A DNA stretch of 64,000 bases from Mobula birostris (lineage: Eukaryota), in assembly GCF_030028105.1 (NCBI RefSeq), contig NC_092382.1:99898699-99962698 (forward strand), in the 5' to 3' direction. The position numbers and the translations under genes were made by a program. Positions 22,333 through 36,181 of this stretch are shown in pieces; position 1 is the first letter of the stretch, and each line of letters starts with the position of its first letter. The notes below the pieces were generated by a model, which saw nothing but the letters and a program-made list of their open reading frames with translations, was not told the DNA's origin and did not search any database.

Positions 22333-24919
22333 ATGGATTATAATCTGCGAAATGCACCGCCCAATGCTACGGGAACTGTGATAAATATTTTCGGGCATAT
22401 TCAATATCTTTTTGAAAATTACGAATGGCTGACGTTGGACACTCGAATCAGTGCTGTGCTTATGGCATTCGAACTGGTTTACTACCCTATACTCGCCATG
22501 GTAGTTCTTCCTGGTAGGCGTTTCGTCTCCCCTTCATGATTAACGTTGAAATATATAAGTCAGCTTCTCTTTTATACCTGTCCTCCAACGATTCGCTAAT
22601 TGCAAGTCAGGTCTTTCCAACCAGTATCTCTTCAGCAAATATCGTCTGAGTGTATTTGATAAGGCACCCCATGCAATGTCTATTCTGAAGGTAAAGAGGT
22701 ATCTGATCCAAGGGAAAATTGCTATGTGGAGCCAGAAATGGCTGACCCACAGAAGGCAAAGCGTTCTTCTGGAATGTCATATTCTGCGTTGAGGTTGTTG
22801 ACCAGTGGTGTGCCTCAGGGATCTGTTCTGGCACCCCTACTTTCTGTGATTTTTTATAAATGACCTGGATGAGGAAGTGGAGCGATGGGTTAGTAAATTT
22901 GGTGATGAAAAATGTTGGATGTGTTGTGGATAGTGTGGTGGGCTGACAGAGGTTACGCAGGGACATTGATAGGATGCAAAACTGCGCTATGAAGAGGCAG
23001 ATGAAATTCAACACAGAGAAGTGTGATGTCGTTCACTTTAGAAGGTCAAATGTGATTGCAGGATATAGTGTTAACGAAATTAAATACATAAATTAACAAA
23101 TAGCTCCGACACCTGACCATTTAAGAAGCATGAGGCCACGTGGGCATCATCACTGACATGATCTATCGCCGACTCAAAGAGCGTAGAGGAAACTAACGGC
23201 ATGCAGAGGGATATTAAGTTCAGAGAATGAACCAGCGACAGGCAGATGGACTGAAAAGTTGGTAAATGCGAGTTCATCCACCTGGGAAGGACAATTGTAA
23301 GAACAGAATATTATTTACGTGGTAAACGATTGCAGTATGCTGCTGTGCGGAGGGGCTTTGGAGTACTTGTGCTTGAATCACAAAAGTTTGGTTTGCAGGT
23401 GCAGCAGACTGTCAAGAAAGCAAACGGGATGTTCGCCTTAGTTGCCAGAGGGATTGAGTTTAACAGCAGGGTGGTGATGCTGCATCTGTACAACGTACTG
23501 TTGAGGATGCATTTGCAGTACTGGGCAGTTCAGGGCTTCCGACTTGAGGATGGATAAACTGGCTGTGCAGGCGGTTCACCAGTTGACTGCAGAGCTGAGG
23601 TGCTTCGACTATGAGGGGAAATTGTGTCGATTGGGATCGTAGTCGCTGGAACTCAGAAGAATGAGAGCACATCTTGTAGAAGCATATACAATTATCGAAT
23701 GCATAGATAAAATAGTCGCAGGAAAGTTGTCTCCACTGGTAGGTGAAATTAGAACTACGGGACATGGCCTGAGGATTCTGGGGAGTAAACTTAGGATCGT
23801 GATGAGGAGGAATTTCTTCTCTCAGAGCCGGTACATTGTACTCACTACCAATTTAATAATGATCCTGGTAATCTCCTTCATAGTTACATTAATTCCATGT
23901 TCATCTCTGCTCTTGGGAGGGGTATCGATTAAAATAACTGCTTTCAGAGAAAGTGTCCATCCGAAAGTGTATTAATCTTCTATATTTCCGTCCGCACAGT
24001 GAACGTGGTGACAATCGTCATCCTGTCTCGGGGAAAGTGCGGTCTCTCCAAAGGCGTCACAAGGTACCTGGTTGCCATGGTAGCAGCGGATCAGCTCGTC
24101 GTTCTCTTCGATCTGGTATTGAACAAGATTCCAGTGACTTATTGGCCAACACAGTTTGACTACTGGTCAATTCGTCTTCCCGTGTGTAATATACACGCCG
24201 TTCTGTTCTACGCCGCCACGGACTGTTCTGTCTGGTTCACCGTCACTTTCACCTTTGATCGGTTTGTCGCCATTTGTTTTCAGGAGCTGAAACGAAGATA
24301 CTGCACCGGGAGAGCGGCGGCTCTGGTTCTGGGGACAGTGACTGTGCTGAGCTGCGTAAAGAACATATTCTGGTACTTTATGCTCGATGAGTTATATTCG
24401 TCATTAAATAGTTCCTTGCTCTGCCTTACTAGTAACCGTTCATTTTCTCAGCTGTCAACATTTCGACTGATTCATTTCCTCCTCACCCCAATATTCCCCT
24501 TTGTCCTGATACTCCTGCTCAATAGTTTAACCATCAGACACGTCTTCCTCGCCAGCCGAGCCCGGAGGAGACTCCGTGGTTCGCGGGTTGGCGAAATGCC
24601 CGCCGACCCGGAGATGAAGAACCGCAGGCAATCTCTCCTCTTACTGCTGGTTATGTCGGGGAATTTCATCCTGCTGTGGGCGCTGCTGACGGTGGATTCC
24701 ATATGGGAAAGCATGTATTTTCACTTCCATTCTTTTCCCCCGAGTTCTCTGCGGGAGCTGGGCTACATGCTGCAGCTTCTCAGCTGCTGCACCAACACGG
24801 CCCTTTACGCCGTGGTCCAGGCCAGGTTCAGGGTGCAGCTGAAGGAGACGGTGAAATCGCCCTTCTGTCTCATGGCAAAGTTCATTCGGCGTTGTCAGGA
24901 TTGCATTAATCCTCGGTGA
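22333..24919 (+). CDS. Two-exon class-A GPCR, GPR139-like chondrichthyan family, copy 1 (exons 22333-22513 and 24000-24919; 366 aa)
   Basis: Exon 1 ends YYPILAMVVLP + G|GTAGGC; acceptor ccgcacAG|TG AAC. 7TM with ILSRGKCGLSK, TFDRFVAIC (DRF) and LQLLSCCTNTALY; no stops. Confidence 0.9.
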
Positions 24920-25999
24920 CACTTCTCCCATACCGCCCAAGATATCCCATTGCATCTGGTAGGTTAATTGGTCATTATAAATTGAAAGGCCACTGGGACC
25001 GTGGTGCATTGCGTTAGCCAAGGCCCGACAGTTGGGAACCTACTGGAAGTAGGTTTTTTGAGACTAACCTCTTCCGGTAGGCTGATGCGCGACACCGAGC
25101 TGCATTGGATAGCATGGATTCCAGTTTGTCCTGGACATAGAGGACAGAGCTTAGGGGTGGAGGGCAGCCATTCTGCATGTCACAAGTGTTGGAGATGTAA
25201 TGGCGTTTAATTTGGATGAAAATTGTGCTGATTCATTAATATGCCTCCAAGTGACACAAAACGTGATGGAGTTGGAGAGTTGAAGGTGCTCGGTAAAAGT
25301 GCAGATAGGTTGAAAATGTGGTCATAGAAATCATAACTGTGTTAAAGTAATACGACAGTTCGGTGTCTGTTGCTTCGAAACGATAGAGAAATACGGGAAT
25401 ATCTCCCCGGCGTGTAAATCTATGACTATGACCCCTCTGCTGTTTGATACACTATGCAAAAATAAAAGAAAAGTAGATTCGTATGCCGCCAGAAGATGGC
25501 AGTCGACAATGCAGAGATTTCAATGTGTCACCCGGGAATCGCATTTTAACTACAATGGAGAAATAACAGTCTGTAGATAAAGTTCGACAGTGAGCTGTTC
25601 TAGGATTTGTGATATTTATAAATGACTCGGATGCATGTAAATGAGTTGACTAATAATGTTACAGACGACCCAAAATTTAATTTGAAACATACACAAGGCA
25701 CTGGAAGATCTTCGGGTGGTAATTTCAAATGAACTCTAAAGAGCAAGACCTTTACACAGAGAGTAGTGGGTGCATGGGATGCACTTCCTGGTGTGGTGGA
25801 AGGGACACAAGGAGGGGAGACATTGAGGAGCTGCTGAGACAGACATGTGCCTCTGAGGAAAATGGAAGGACATGCTGATAATTCAAGCAGATAAGATTGG
25901 TTAGTCATTAGGTTACTTATCTAACTGGTACAGCGGGACTTTGTGGGCCGACGGGACTGCTCTGGTGCTGTCATGTTCCAATGAAGAGAATGAACAGCT

Positions 26000-27000
26000 G
26001 ACACTTTGGAGAGACTTTTTCTGGATTGGAAAGGTCAAGGGGCTGGCTGAGGGGACGATGAGGTGGATTACCTACTGACGGGGGGGGGGGTGAAAATAAG
26101 TGATGGACAGTGTAGGATCAGGTGGGGTATGTAAAAAACTGAGCGGTGATCGGCGGAAACTGTGCGAGAACGTAGATGTGGGAACCTGAGGACACCGGCT
26201 AGTATACGAAAGCGAGGAAGGGGGTTCACCGGGGGAGAAGATGGGTAAGTGAGCTGAGAACAAGAAACGACAGAGGAACCAGGAACGTGGATGGAACTGG
26301 AGAAAATAGTGAGAGGGGACAAAGGAGTTGGTGCTGGAGAAATCGATGTTCATACACGTAGGTAGTAAACTACCCAGACAGAATACGAACTGTTTCCCCT
26401 AAAAAATATCATTCCAGCCACAAAGACCGTGGTCAGGCCCTTAGCCTAACGGTTAGGGTCGGAGATCTGAGATCATTTGTAGTGTCCTCAGTAAGGACAA
26501 TCTGTATGTCCCACTCGTTCAATGTGCTCGTGTTCACCATCTGTCTTTTCACACTTAAAAGAGCTGTCCGGTTGGTTAATTACTTTTTGCAAATTGTTCC
26601 CTGATTAATTTAGGGTGAAATCGCATTCTCTGATATTTGTTGGGGCGGCGCTCGATTTGTAATTATAATAAATATTTCAGGAATAAACTCTCAGTATGGG
26701 AATAGGAAGATGGAGTAGATTTGCTGACCAGAGGCAGTTCTAACTATTGCGAACGACGGTGCCGAGGGACTCGCAGAAACGTTCCCCTGTAATCATTCGG
26801 ATCTCACCGAAGAGGTGGAGGCCGCGCTGCACTGGCAACTCCGGGTACAGCAGGCGAAACCGGCAGACTGGCAGGTGGAGTGTCACCTCAGCAGAAAGGC
26901 ACCTGAACGTGGGTGCGGGAGTCCCTGCGGGCCGGCGCAGCACAGGTCCCGCATGCAGGGTTCAGCGCCAGGAGGCAGATCAGTGAGGAGTCATTGAAAG
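26000..27000. mobile_element. Penelope-like relics (also about 42.9-43.9 kb and 57.0-57.95 kb)
   Basis: Degenerate GIY-YIG-like peptide (GLHLFGEIRMITGERFCE) and PLE-type purine-rich sequence; approximate limits. Confidence 0.45.
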
Positions 27001-27431
27001 CTGCTGGAGCGGCATCGGAACCCGTACTGAGGTCACGGTTATGCAACCAGTGTATGGGTTCCTGTACCGGCTGTAAAGAAAATGTTCTTTTAAAGTAATG
27101 TGAATACATCCCAGTCCATCACGGGGAAAACCTTCCTCATTATTGAATACATCTACAAGTTTCGTAGTCGCAGGGAAGCAAAATCCACGATCAGTGATCG
27201 CCATGACCCAGGCCATGCTCTCTTCACGCTGCTGCCACCTGGACGGAGATACAGGGGCGTTAGCACTCACACGACCACGATCATAGCAGTTAATACAGCT
27301 CAAAATTTCAAACCCCGACAATGTCCTGCACCATGACAGATTTCCTCGTGTTTCTATGACATACAGACTGATTTTCAAGGGCTCCTGATCGGATAGCCTC
27401 GACAGTCATTGCTGTTGATACATATACATAT

Positions 27432-27433
<2 letters not shown>

Positions 27434-27505
<72 letters not shown>
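27434..27505. repeat. (GT)n microsatellite (homologs at 44341-44394 and 58387-58455)
   Basis: Direct reading. Confidence 0.95.
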
Positions 27506-27507
<2 letters not shown>

Positions 27508-29064
27508 AAATCTCAGCTGAGGGAGTCATGTGTCAATTACTCGGATCATAGAGCTTAAGAATACCCAAGCACTCATCAGTCCTACATCAGCAATTTTAAT
27601 ATCCTCCATCTTCTTACATCCTTATGACTATCCAGACGTCTCAAAAATCATCTGATGTACTTGACTCCACGTCCATACCAGGCAGCGCATTCCAGGCATC
27701 CACGCTCTCAGAGTGAAAAAAAAAAACAACTATTCCTCACATCCCGCTTGAAACTACTCCTCTCATTTTCGAGGCATAGCCTCTTCTCTTAGATATTTGA
27801 ACACTGGGGTACAGATACTCTCTATTTCTCTATCTATGCCTCTCATAAGCTTATGCATCTCTGATAAATCTCCTCTGAACCTCCGGCGCTTCAGAGAAAA
27901 CGACCCGTCATAAGATATGTTGTATAAACCGGGCAGCGTTCCGATGTGGCCTGACCAGAATTTTCATAATTTGGAACAAATTTTGAACATAACGTCTTGA
28001 TTTGAGATCGTTGCTTCGACTGATAAAATTAGGCAATCTAAAAGTCTCTTAATCACCTTGTTGACCTGCGTAGTCACTTTCAAGAGGCTGTGACCTTAGA
28101 TCCCAGGGTAGCTCTGTTCAGCAACACTCTTCAGGAGCTTGCCCAAACACTGTACTGTTTCTTTATATTTACTTGATACCAGCGTGCTGCATACAGATTT
28201 ATCTGGGTTAATTTCCATCTGTCCTGTCGCTGTTAATATCTGCAACTCATCTGTGCTTTGCCAGTTTTCTACAGTGGCCACAACTCCATCAATCTTGGCA
28301 TCATCCGCAAATGTACGAGCCAGCCCACCTAGATTTTCATCCAGGTAATTTATATACATCACAAGCAGCAGGAATCCCTGCATAGATCACTGCCGAGCAT
28401 CACTAATTGCAGATCTCCATCTCGGATAAGTCCATTCGGTCATCTCACTCTGCCGTCTATGCGCAAATATGTTCTGAGTCCAGCAGCCAATTTGCCGCCG
28501 TTCCCTTTGCCTCTCCCCTTGAGCGAGTATGTCAAACGTCTGACTTATACTATGTAGACAGCATCCACTGCATACCCTCGTCAATCCCTGTCGTCACCTT
28601 GTTAAAATACTTTTTCAAGTTGTAAGACAAGATCTGCCCCGAACAGAGCCATGCTAGTTCTCATAAATCTGGCTGAGTTTTCTAATCTCGTAAATCCTGT
28701 ACATAAAAAATTTACCTCCAATGTCCATATACTGAAATCAGTCTCACGTATCCATAGTTTTAAAAAGAGATAAAACATTATCATTGGCCAGTCCTGCGGG
28801 AATTCGCCTGCAGCTGAAGTGGACATGAGCAAGTTAATTACGGCCCTAGCAATATTACGTCTTCCCTCTTGCAATTGTAACTGGGTTTTGTTTACACTGG
28901 CTGCTGAGGTGTCTAAAATGTCTTCTTTGTATGTCATATAAAATGGTTTTCCTGTAATAATAACTGCGAAATATAGAGTTCTCTATCCCCCTGCTTGCTT
29001 GTTTTAATATTATTGAAAAGGAGACGAACGAACCCATGAGTGCCAATGCTATTCTATCTGCATG

Positions 29065-29560
29065 TGTGGGAACCCGGGTGAGTTCCCGGGTTTTTCGGGA
29101 GGAGAACCGAAGGGGAAGGACGTGCTGTACGCGCTGTGGTCGACCACTGTCTTTGGTCCCAGGGGCGGGTCGAGGAGGTCGGAGGAGATCGCGTGGTGAA
29201 AAGAAGACCCCGTTAATTGAGCTCCAACGGTTGTGCGTGAAGTGGTTGAACTCTGATAAGTTTGGCGCCATTTACTTTCTTTTATATTATATCTCTATTA
29301 ATTCCATAGTTCCAGTAAGTTCTATAAAGTGTAATCTGCAAATCGTGATGTCTGATATTGCATGTGTGAGTTTAAACCAGGGTGTATTACACAGCAACTA
29401 CGCAATCATGAGGTTTGGTGGGCGGACGTGGTTTCCCCTCGATAAACACGAGAGGTTAGCATTCAGCGTTACATTTGTGGGGCTCGTTCGGGATTTGAAC
29501 CCGGGACCTCTCGCACTAGCACTTCTTCCGAAGTGCGAAAATTCACCCAACTTAACTCCT
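29065..29560 (+). mobile_element. LTR-like sequence ending TTACA (29473), followed by a tRNA-Pro PBS and extended tRNA-Pro-complementary tract
   Basis: 29478-29516 is the reverse complement of the 3' about 39 nt of tRNA-Pro (GTGCGAGAGGTCCCGGGTTCAAATCCCGRACGAGCCC); homologs at 46650-47140 and (partly deleted) 60410-60480. Confidence 0.7.
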
Positions 29561-30869
29561 GCACATGATTAACCGGTACTTCCTGGGACTCACACCAGTT
29601 GGAATCTTCTCCAGATCCATCTCCGCACTGACTTAACGGGCGGTTTACACAGCTTACACATAATCCAAATCCAGGACGATTTTGCCTTCCTCCCTTTGTA
29701 AAGAGCGGTGTGACCTTTGTAATCTTCCAGTCCTGCGGGACATGCCAGAATCAAGTCATTCTTGAAAGGAGATGACCATTATATCCATTATCTCTTCTGC
29801 AAACCCTCTCAGAACTCTAGGTGTAGTCCACCTGGCCCAGTTAACATTTTCACCTGAAGACTTTTGTGTTTGCCAAGCACTTCTTCATTTGTAATAACAA
29901 TGTCACTCAATCCCGATCCCTGGCACTCTCGGGACTCTGGCACACTGATCGCGCCTTCCACAGCAAACACAGAAGCAAAGAACCCTTTAAGTTAATAGGT
30001 AATTTCTTAGCCCCCATTGCTACCTCTGGTCATAAATAAGGTCATTAGTTTTCAACTGTTCCATTCCTTGTGGCCCCAAGCGGATTAGAAAGGAGAACAT
30101 GGAGTTATACCGACCACATTACCAATTATTCGACGAGGAGCATTTTGGGTACAGTGCCCATAATCGTAGATGTGTAAAGGTCGTTATAGGTTATGATCAG
30201 ACTAGTCTTCACGGGGGGAGCTCCGAATATAAATGCATTGGGCTGGAACTGGGAAACTTTTATTATGAATCCCCGCCGGGGCTAAGTTCACACTTCAGAG
30301 GTGGATATTTTATCATTTGTATCTCAGTATCAGCATGTTTCTTTTTTATCTGAGGGTGAAGCTAAGTATGAAGCAGGACAAGGCGAGGCTCGGAAATATA
30401 TATGAAGCGAAGCATTGCAAATATCGGCAGGAGAAAATAAATGAAGTTTAATGTTTAGCCGTCTTAATTCGAGCCAGAAATGCGGAGGTTATTAAACAAA
30501 ACGCGAATGTTGAAAGAAGGGATGTCCAAAAGGAAAATGAGGAGCAAATGGGGAGCGAGGAGAATGGTTGGCCTTTTATTTAAGAAAGCAGCGTATCTGG
30601 AGACAGGAAGTGCTGAAAATCCTTCATGATTACCTAAAACCGGCATTCACCACGGAAACGGATATACAATATACAAGGTCATGAGGCTAACGATATTATT
30701 GCAGGGAATGATGATATTGTGTCAAAAGTGTTGAGACATTTTAGTGAACCCAACTCTGCATTGGATCAGGATCCCGCTGCCCCCATATCACGGCCTTTTT
30801 CCCCTCCATCTAGGTGTCTCCACTGAACCTCCTGTCTGCTCCTCCAACTATTTAATCCCCTGTAACTCC

Positions 30870-32520
30870 TGCTCTCTCCCTTCCATTCTGAGTCACAGCG
30901 TTGAAATCAAAGGCAGTGATCACACTATGATTGACTTCAAATTGACATGCGACAAGAAAAATTTAAAGTCTGACGCAGTAGTATTTCAGTGCAGTAAACG
31001 AGATTACAGTGGTATCTGAAAGTCTCGGCCGAAGGAATTTAAAGGAGATGCTTTCAGCGTTGTTTGCAGTGCAGAAATGGAGTGAGTTTCTGGTAAAACC
31101 GGGGAACGTGCAGAATAGATCTATTGTAAAAACAAAGAAAGAGGCAAAAAGCAAAATAGTACAATCGTGGCTGACAAGGGAAGTCAAACCGAACGCCAAA
31201 GTAAATGTAACCTCCGCAGTAACATAAAAGACGAAACCCCCTTACACTAAGGAGAGAGCATAGAACAGCGCAAAGATGAAGATTAAACATACGGAGAGCA
31301 GCCGAACGATCCATTAGAAGGAAAAGATGAAATTCGAAGCAAGATGACAAAAAAATTTCCAAGTGGATAGTAACAGCAATTTCAACTACATAAAATTAAA
31401 TGAGGAATGAAAGGGGATATAGGACCGCTAGAAAATGAGGCAAGAGAAAAAACAACGGGGAACAATGAGATGGCAGTTGAGATATATGAGTATGTAGCAT
31501 CAGTCTTCACTGTGGGAGACTCCAGCAGTTTGCCTGATGTTGTCGTGTGTGAAGGAAGAGAGGTGGGCTCGCTTTCTGTTACAAGAGAGAAGGTGCTCAA
31601 TCACCTGAAAGACTTAAGGGTACATAAGTCACCCGGGCCTGATGAACTACACCTTTGGGTTGGAAAATAATGAGCGATGGAGATGCTGAGGCATTTTTAA
31701 TGATCTTTCTGAAACCATTGGATTCTGGCACAGTGTCAGAGGACTGAAACATTGTAACTGCCACCAGATTCTTTAGGAAAGGAGGAAGGTAGCAGAAAGG
31801 GAAATATGTATCAGATAGCCTGACCTTAGTGGTTGGGAAGATATTGGATTCAATTGTTAAGCATGAGGACAAGAGAGGACAAAGTCAGCACGTTCCTCTG
31901 CTGTCTCGCTCGGTATCCTACGCAGATATCATCAGGCCGAAGGGACATACATATCTCAGAAATTGTGATAAAATCCTGACTGATCTGCTGGATTTGGTTG
32001 AGGAGAATCCATGTAGATAGATAAGGAGGGTGCACAGATGTTGTCTATTGGGACTCTCAAAAGACCTTTGACAAGGTGCCACGCATGAGGCTGCTTAGCA
32101 AATTAAGAGTCCATTGTATTACAAGAAATACGAGGAGCATTGGGTGAATGGTCGGAGGCAGCGAGTGGGAAAAAAAAGGATCCGTTGCTGGCTGTTTGCC
32201 AGTGACAAACGGTGTTCCGCAGGTGTCGGTGCAGGGAACAGTGTTTTATGTTCTATGTTAATGATATAGATGATGGAATCGTTTTTATTTCTGCGAATTT
32301 TTGAGACAGTACGAATATTGTTGTAGGGGCAGGTACTGTTGAGGAAAGACGTCGTTTGCAGAGTACCTTACACAGGTTAGTAGAATTGGGACGAAATTGT
32401 AATGTGAAATACAATGTTGGATAATGCATGGTCATGCACTTTGGTAGCAGAATTAAATGTGCAGACGAATTGCTAATCGTGCAGACCTGACTGCGCTGCA
32501 AAGAAAATTGGGAGTCCTCG
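30870..32520 (+). mobile_element. Degenerate CR1 ORF2 relic (homologs at about 48.47-50.1 kb and 61.8-63.4 kb)
   Basis: GSDHTMIDF, KSPGPDELH, VGKILDSI, FDKVPH, GVPQVSV motifs across shifting frames. Confidence 0.8.
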
Positions 32521-34874
32521 TGCAGAACACCTAATATGTTCCGAATGACTATATCTATTAAATAAGTTGTTGTTCTTTGTCTATCCTGTGTTATTTTATC
32601 CGGACAGTTATTAAGAATTTTCACATCTGTAGTAACTGACCAATTGGCATGTAATTTGTAGGAATCTAACTTGTATTGATAGTAAATTGTTGTGTCTTTT
32701 CTGTTTCTCAGCAGCTGGTCCGGACATGGCCAGCACATCCATTTCTCAGTTGCTGGGAACTTTCAGACTATATTGGTTGTGCTTAATATTGTTGAATTAA
32801 TAATTACATATTACAATTATAATTACATATTAGTTATGAGGATATTTTATGATATAGCAGTGAGGTCAGTGTTTGATGGTAGTAATGATTATAAATAGCT
32901 ATATAGTAAACCCCAAAGTTCCAGAATGTTCTTTCCATTTTCAGTTTCAGCAAATATATTTAAATCACAATGGCTATTATGTTTTCATGTCTTAGGTAAA
33001 ATAGGACAGGATGTTGTGATAGTAGATGCTTTTTCCCCATAAACAATTTTTTCTCTGTAAACTACACTCTGCTTGCCCTTTAAAACATTAATATAGGATG
33101 AATCACCCAGTTATTCATGTCCAATGGTGTATCTGTACATTGTAAAACGATCTGTCGTTCAAAAGTTGGTACAGGAACTTGTTATGAGGGGATTCTTGGG
33201 CCGGGTCAATCTTGTCTCGGACCATACTGTGAAGGTATAGAATATGAACAGTGTGTAAGGGTGAATTCAGCAGATTGCTGTGTTTTGCAAGCACTAATTT
33301 ATCTATGTTTAGTGTGAATGCAATGGCTTTATCTATTGAATAAGCTGTTGTTCTTTGTCTGTCCTGTGTTACTATATCCGGACGGTTACTGTGGATTGGC
33401 CCACCGAGAATTACTGCTCGGTAGTTATATAGTTCGTTGCCATCTGACTCTTGTATTTATAGTAAGTTGTTGTGTCTTTTCAGTATCTCAGCAGCTGGTG
33501 AAACCTGATATCCGGACATAGCCAAGCACGCTCATTTCTCATTTGCTGGGAACTTTCAGACTATCTTGGTGGTGTTTAATATTGTGGCCTTCTGGAGATG
33601 TCCATAAACATTACGGCGTAGGTCATTTTCTGATCAGACAGCGGTAATCAGTGGAGTTCCGCAGCAATCGGTGTTGGGACCCCTTCTTATCGTGTTGTCC
33701 GTCAATGATTTGGATGAAGGATTTTATGGTTTTCTGACAGGGTTTCAGACCCATGCGAAGGTAGATGGAAGGGCAGGTAGAGATTAGGAAGCATAGTGTT
33801 TGCAAAAGGAATTAACAAACAGGACCACAGGCAAAGAATTGGCAGCAAGAACTTGATGTCGGGAAGTGCCCAGTCTTACTCTTTGGCAGAGGGAATAAAG
33901 TCGTGGACTATTTCGTAATTGGAAAGAATATTTGAATTGAAAATAAGAGTGCAGAGCCACAGGAAAATCTGCAGTTTGAGTCAGTGCTAAGGGAGCCGAA
34001 TTCATGTTCCAATCCACTTTCAGAGGACTGGTGTTTGAAAACAACTCCTTCCCCATACCATAAACTGTATATAATTTGTTTATGCCTGTTCTATTTTAAC
34101 AATGGAGAAATAAGCAGAGGTGCAGAGCCTTTTGAGAGGATTCCATACAGGAAAATTTGCAGAAAGGTGAGGAAGACAAATGCAATTTTAGCATCCATTT
34201 CCAGAGGACTAGGATGTAAAAGGAACTCTTTAGAAACCTATTAATCTGGAAGCCTTTCCTGTTTCCGGCCTCACAGGCACGTGGAACGGGCAGCAGATCC
34301 TGGTGGTTCTCCCTTTTAAATTCGCTCTGAACTCCCGTACTGGCAGTGCAGAACAGCATCGTTCATCACACACATGTCATTGGTAACTCAATAGGCTACA
34401 ATTTCGGCAGATCACACTCCCACTTAAGAGTGGTGAGGACTGGATCCGAGATATCCTGATGTTGTCGCGACAGAACCACCTGTCCGCACCACTATCGAAT
34501 ATCCTATCACCATATCGTGACTTCTACGCTTCCGCCCCCCCCCCCGCAACCCCACACACACAGACAGTCACCGCTCAACGCACCCTTCCCTTCTGAGTCA
34601 CAGAGGCAACTAAGCGCCTGCGACCGACGACTGTGATTGAGCACTGTTAGTTGATTCTCCTGCTCCACAAACTCTGCGACGGTATCCAAAATGTTTAGCG
34701 AGATGTCGAGAAGAGAACTCTGCCCTGTCCCCTTCAGCCGTTTTTCCTTCATGAATGTCAGATAGTCTCCTGTGCCCTGCACCCTGGGTGTAACTGCCTC
34801 TCTATATGTCTTGTCCATCACCACTTCAGCCTCTCGAATGATCTGCAGCTCGTCCAGTTCTAGCTCCACCTCCT

Positions 34875-35685
34875 GAATGGCAGATGGAGTTCAACCCGGA
34901 AAGTGTGAGGTGGTTCACTGTGGAAGGACAAACTCCAAGGCACAGTACAAAGTAAATAGCAGGATACATGGTAGTGTAGAGGGGCAGAGGGATCTGGGGG
35001 TACACGTACCCAGATCCCTGAAAACTGCCTCACAGGTAGAAAGGGTATTTAAGAAAGCTTATGGGGTGTTATCTTTCAAAAGTCGGGGGATGGAGTTTAA
35101 GAGTCGTGATGTAACGGTGCAGGTCTATAAATCTCTGGTTAGTCCACACTTGGAGTACTGTGTCCAGTTCTGGTCGCCTCACTATAGGAAGGATGTGGAA
35201 GCAATGTAAAGGGTACCGAGGAGATTTGCCAGGATGCTGGCTGGTTTAGAATGTATGCATTATGATCAGAGATTAAGGGAGCTAGGGCTTTACTCTTTGG
35301 AGAGAAGGAGGGTGAGAGGAGACATGATAGAGCTGTACAAGGTAATACGAGGAATAGATAGAGTGGATAGCCAGAGCTTCTTCCCCAGGGCACCACTGCT
35401 CAATACAAGAGGACATGGCTTTTAGGTAAGAGGTGGGAAGTTCAAGAGCGATACGATAGGAAGGGTTTTCACTCAGAGAGATTTTGGTGCGTGGAATGCA
35501 CTGCCTGAGTCAGTGTTGGAGGCAGATACACTAGTGAAGTTTAAGAGACGACTAGACAGGTATATGGAGGAATTTAAGGTGGGGGGTTATATGGGAGGCA
35601 GGGTTTGAGGGTCGGCACAACATTGTGTGCCGAAGGGCCTGTACTGTACTGTACTATACTACGTTCTATATTCTATATTCTATGT
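34875..35685 (+). mobile_element. 5'-truncated CR1 insertion specific to unit 2
   Basis: Interrupts cctcct|taacgcgg, which is contiguous in unit 1 (about 20330). YKSLVSPHLEYCVQFWSPHYRKDVE; (TACTG)n/(TTCTA)n tail. Confidence 0.9.
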
Positions 35686-36181
35686 TAACGCGGATTGTCA
35701 GAAGCTGCAGCTGAATGCAGCTCTCGCAGCTGTCGTCGTCAGGGTTACTCTATGCCTCCCCAGATTCCGCAAGAGGAGCATTTAACTATCCTGCCTGGCT
35801 TCTCTGTTATCCTATCTGATCAGATATATAGAAGGGAAGGAACACAAGACTTAACCAAGTGCTTTCCTTCTCTTTGCCTGCTTTGTATCCTGAGCTGACG
35901 CCTCGGCGAGCAGAAGCCTGAAGATCACCTGCTTCACGGCCCATTCAGACGATGGCCACTGCATATGACCCTGCCTTCCTCTTGCAGCTCAACCACAAAC
36001 GCCTGCTGGTCGCTAGTCAAAGCTGCTTCTCAATCTAAGGACCCGCTGTTGCCTTTTATACCTGTGCTGTCCCCTCCTCCTAAATCACAGGGAGACCCGA
36101 TTGGCCGCTGGCAAAAACTCTTTTTTCTAAAAAATCATTATTTTGAAATTATCAAACTCGATATCATTTTCAATCTAGCTA

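Larger units (their letters stand above)
19678..34230. repeat. Tandem segmental duplication unit 1 (about 14.6 kb)
   Basis: Start marker aaacc..aatctggaa..ttcctgtttccggcctc recurs at about 34232 and 51838; colinear internal landmarks (GPCR exons, GT tract, LTR+tRNA, 84-aa ORF at 30099/47685/61001). Confidence 0.85.

Noticed and set aside
29478-29560. tRNA-Pro gene
   Set aside because: Only the 3' half matches; acceptor 5' strand and D arm are not intact, so it is not called as a tRNA
30099-30353. 84-aa ORF repeated at 47685 and 61001 with a hydrophobic tail
   Set aside because: Conservation is explained by recent duplication; mixed nonsynonymous changes, no domain recognised, embedded in LINE debris
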